Assembly: GCA_965221695.1 (NCBI GenBank)
Contig: OZ244905.1
Coordinates: forward strand, 2,368,001 to 2,432,000
DNA from: Gammaproteobacteria bacterium
GTDB taxonomy: Bacteria; Pseudomonadota; Gammaproteobacteria; Eutrophobiales; Eutrophobiaceae
Reading direction: 5' to 3'
DNA: 64,000 nucleotides
A model generated the notes under the pieces. That model did no database searches. It had not been told where the DNA came from and saw only the letters and a program-made list of their open reading frames with translations. This document shows positions 61,211 through 64,000 of the stretch, piece after piece. Position 1 is the first letter of the stretch. Each line of letters opens with the position of its first letter. The position numbers and the translations under genes were made by a program.

Positions 61211-62521
61211 TCAATGCAGTTTCAATCTCGGTCGCGTGCGCGCTGCGAAGAAGCTGGCAATGCGGAGATAAATGGTTTTCGTCAGGCCGAGTACCGATAA
61301 CAGGTGCATCTGGTAAAGCGACAGGTAGGCCCAGCGCGCCAGGCGTCCTTCGAAAGTGATGACCCCCAGGGCTTTGCCCATCAATGTGCCGACTGCGGAT
61401 TGATCGGCAATAGAAACCAGGGAGCCCCGATCCCTGTATTTGAAATGCGCCAGCGGCTGATCGGCCAAGCGGCGCCGGACCTGTTTGACCATGAACGCGG
61501 CCTGCTGGATGGCGGCCTGGGCGCGCGGGGGAACCGGTGTGTCTTTGCCGGCCCAGAGACAACTGGCGCAGTCGCCCAGTACGAAGATATTGTCGTATCC
61601 GACTGCCTGTAGCGTATCGTCGACCCGGATGCGTCCGATCCGATCATGTTCAAACTGCCCGAGTGACCGGACCGCATCAGGCGCGGCAATCCCGGCGGCC
61701 CAGATCTTCAGGTGCGCAGCAACGGTTCGGCCATCGTCCAGTGTGATACCGTTATCGGTTACCTGAGTTACGCGGCTGTTCAATACTACATTAATCTTGA
61801 GATTCTCGAGCTCGCTCCGGACCGCACGCGACAAACGATCGGGCAAGCCCGGAACGAGCCGGTCACTTGCTTCGATGACGCTGATATGGACATCATCGGG
61901 AGGGATCAGGGTGTCAATGCCGTTATGCGTTGCCTCGCGCAGTTCTGCGGCCAGTTCCACGCCGGTGGCGCCACCGCCAACGATGGCGATATCGATGGAA
62001 TCGCTGTTATCCGCCAATGCCCCACTGCCATAGCGCAAACACAGGTTTAAAAATTCACGATGCAGAGTTTGTGCTTGCTTCCTGTTATCCAGGAACAGAC
62101 AGTTTTCAGTCACGCCCGGAATGCCGAGATCGGAGCAGACACTACCGATGGCAAGGACCAGGGTGTCATAGCTCAGGGTGCGCCTCGGTGTTAAGGGTTT
62201 CCCGGCATCATCCGCGACGGGGTCAAGTATGACTTCCTGTTTTTCGGTATCAACCCCCGCAAGATATCCGAGCCGGAATTGATAATTATTCCTTTCCGAA
62301 TGCGATAAAAAACTGACTTCGTCATCACCTATGCCGCGCGAGCCTGCGGCAAATTCATGCAATGACGGTTTCCAGACATGGGTCAGCGTGGCATCGATCA
62401 GTATTACCGAGACTTCCGGTTTGGAACGGAATTCCCGTCCCAGCTTTGTTGCCAGGTGGATGCCCGCGACACCACCGCCGACGATGACAATGTCATGGGT
62501 GGCAGGAGGTTTCGTGTTCAC
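61211..62521 (-). CDS. ndh: Type II NADH dehydrogenase
   Basis: VGGGVAG, HVWKPSLHE, VGGGATGVELAAEL, PPRAQAA; GTG start 1 nt after the trpB2 stop. Confidence 0.92.
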   Translation of the reverse strand: MNTKPPATHDIVIVGGGVAGIHLATKLGREFRSKPEVSVILIDATLTHVWKPSLHEFAAGSRGIGDDEVSFLSHSERNNYQFRLGYLAGVDTEKQEVILDPVADDAGKPLTPRRTLSYDTLVLAIGSVCSDLGIPGVTENCLFLDNRKQAQTLHREFLNLCLRYGSGALADNSDSIDIAIVGGGATGVELAAELREATHNGIDTLIPPDDVHISVIEASDRLVPGLPDRLSRAVRSELENLKINVVLNSRVTQVTDNGITLDDGRTVAAHLKIWAAGIAAPDAVRSLGQFEHDRIGRIRVDDTLQAVGYDNIFVLGDCASCLWAGKDTPVPPRAQAAIQQAAFMVKQVRRRLADQPLAHFKYRDRGSLVSIADQSAVGTLMGKALGVITFEGRLARWAYLSLYQMHLLSVLGLTKTIYLRIASFFAARTRPRLKLH

Positions 62522-62522
62522 T

Positions 62523-63893
62523 TCAGGCGGCGGCAGCCGTCGAGGGCAGGCCCGACAGCGCCATCGCGAGCTCTTCCTCGGAATATTCCTGGTCGTACAG
62601 TTTGCCGGCAAAATAATCCATATAGGCCTGCATGTCGAAATTTCCATGGCCGCAGAGGTTGAACAGGATTGCCTTGCTGTTGCCTTCTTCCTTGCATTTT
62701 ATTGCTTCCTCTATCGCCGCGACAACCGCGTGGTTGGCTTCCGGCGCCGGGATTATCCCTTCTGCTCTGGCGAATTGTATGCCTGCCTCAAAACATGCAG
62801 ACTGCGGGTATGAACGCGGGTGCACCAGGCCCAGTTCAGCCGTCTGGCTGACCAGTGGTCCCATACCGTGATAACGCAAACCGCCGGCATGGAATCCGGG
62901 GGGAACGAATTTCGACCCCAGGGTATGCATTTTGACCAGCGGCGTCAGGTGGCCGGTGTCGCCAAAATCATACGCATACCTGCCTTTGGTCAGCGTCGGG
63001 CAGTTGGCCGGTTCCACCGCGATGATATGTACGTCCTTACCGCCGCGCAGTTTCTCTCCGAGGAACGGAAACGCGATGCCGGCGAAGTTACTGCCCCCAC
63101 CGGTGCAGCCGACGATGATATCGGGATAGTCATCAGCCATCTCCAGTTGTTTCATGGTTTCCTGGCCGATCACGGTCTGGTGCAACAGCACATGGTTCAG
63201 CACACTGCCCAGCGCGTAGCGAGTGTCGTCCCGCTGTATCGCCCGTTCCACCGCTTCGCTGATGGCAATGCCCAGACTGCCGGTGCTGTCCGGATTTTCA
63301 GCGAGCACCGCCCGGCCCGCTTCAGTGGTGTCGCTGGGACTGGCGATGCAGGTGGCGCCGAAGCTTTCCATGAAGGCGCGGCGATAGGGTTTCTGGTTGA
63401 AACTCACCTTCACCATGTAGACTTCGATTTCCAGTCCGAAAAATGAGCCGGCCAGCGACAGCGCCGAACCCCACTGGCCGGCGCCCGTTTCGGTGGTGAT
63501 GCGCTTCACGCCTTCCTGCTTTGAATAAAACGCCTGGGGCACGGCAGTATTGGGTTTGTGCGACCCGGCCGGGCTTACCCCCTCGTACTTGTAATAGATG
63601 CGCGCCGGCGTATCCAGCGCCTGTTCAAGTCTACGCGCCCGGTACAGGGGTGATGGCCGCCATTGTTTGAGTATGTCTCTTACCGGTTCCGGTATATCGA
63701 TGTAGCGCTCGCTGCTGACTTCCTGTTCGATCACCGCCATAGGAAACAACGGCGCAAGGTCGTCCGGCGTGATCGGCTGGCCGGTCCCGGGATGCAGTAC
63801 CGGTGGCGGTGGTTCGGGCAGATCCGCGGCAATATTGTACCAGGATGTAGGTATATCAGTTTCTTGTAAGAGGTATTTGATTGAGTCGGTCAT
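62523..63893 (-). CDS. trpB2: TrpB-like PLP enzyme (TrpB2)
   Basis: [42 protein letters not shown]. Confidence 0.93.
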   Translation of the reverse strand: MTDSIKYLLQETDIPTSWYNIAADLPEPPPPVLHPGTGQPITPDDLAPLFPMAVIEQEVSSERYIDIPEPVRDILKQWRPSPLYRARRLEQALDTPARIYYKYEGVSPAGSHKPNTAVPQAFYSKQEGVKRITTETGAGQWGSALSLAGSFFGLEIEVYMVKVSFNQKPYRRAFMESFGATCIASPSDTTEAGRAVLAENPDSTGSLGIAISEAVERAIQRDDTRYALGSVLNHVLLHQTVIGQETMKQLEMADDYPDIIVGCTGGGSNFAGIAFPFLGEKLRGGKDVHIIAVEPANCPTLTKGRYAYDFGDTGHLTPLVKMHTLGSKFVPPGFHAGGLRYHGMGPLVSQTAELGLVHPRSYPQSACFEAGIQFARAEGIIPAPEANHAVVAAIEEAIKCKEEGNSKAILFNLCGHGNFDMQAYMDYFAGKLYDQEYSEEELAMALSGLPSTAAAA

Positions 63894-64000
63894 GTCCTGT
63901 ATTTCCTTTTGTTGGCGTTATTGATAACGGCAGTTTGTCACAGATACAAAAGAAGGCAAGTCATAATGACTGTTCGGAAACATTTTCCGTGCCGTCTTGT

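Noticed and set aside
62522-62647. N-terminal extension of ndh
   Set aside because: Overlaps trpB2 out of frame; GTG 62521 fits better.

Overview
Gene-dense window from a Gammaproteobacterium (mreBCD-mrdAB-mltB-rlpA-dacA-dat divergent from gatCAB, 24.5-37.2 kb) flanked by accessory catabolic modules. Left arm: two Rieske non-haem iron oxygenases (the first resembles methylxanthine N-demethylase NdmA) with a TonB receptor and MFS transporter; a taurine desulfonation module (xsc, tauR, class III aminotransferase, pta); orphan mauE-mauD; and a (halo)hydroquinone cluster with both a PcpA/LinE-type and a HapCD-type ring-cleaving dioxygenase, glutathionyl-hydroquinone reductase and maleylacetate reductase. 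Right arm: a VAO/PCMH-family flavocytochrome with an oxidase-type His signature; an uncharacterised molybdenum hydroxylase cluster (Tsx-like porin, Rid, cupin, CoxMSLG-like, RraA-like, ALDH, GntR, VOC dioxygenase); a small toxin-antitoxin/AAA-ATPase islet; a secreted creatininase-TPR fusion; a multicopper oxidase with a C-terminal beta-barrel-like domain; ndh; trpB2. No tRNA, rRNA, CRISPR array, integrase or transposase was recognised. All family calls come from motif recognition and recalled reference sequences, not from database searches. The substrate mix suggests, by inference only, a marine invertebrate-associated lifestyle.
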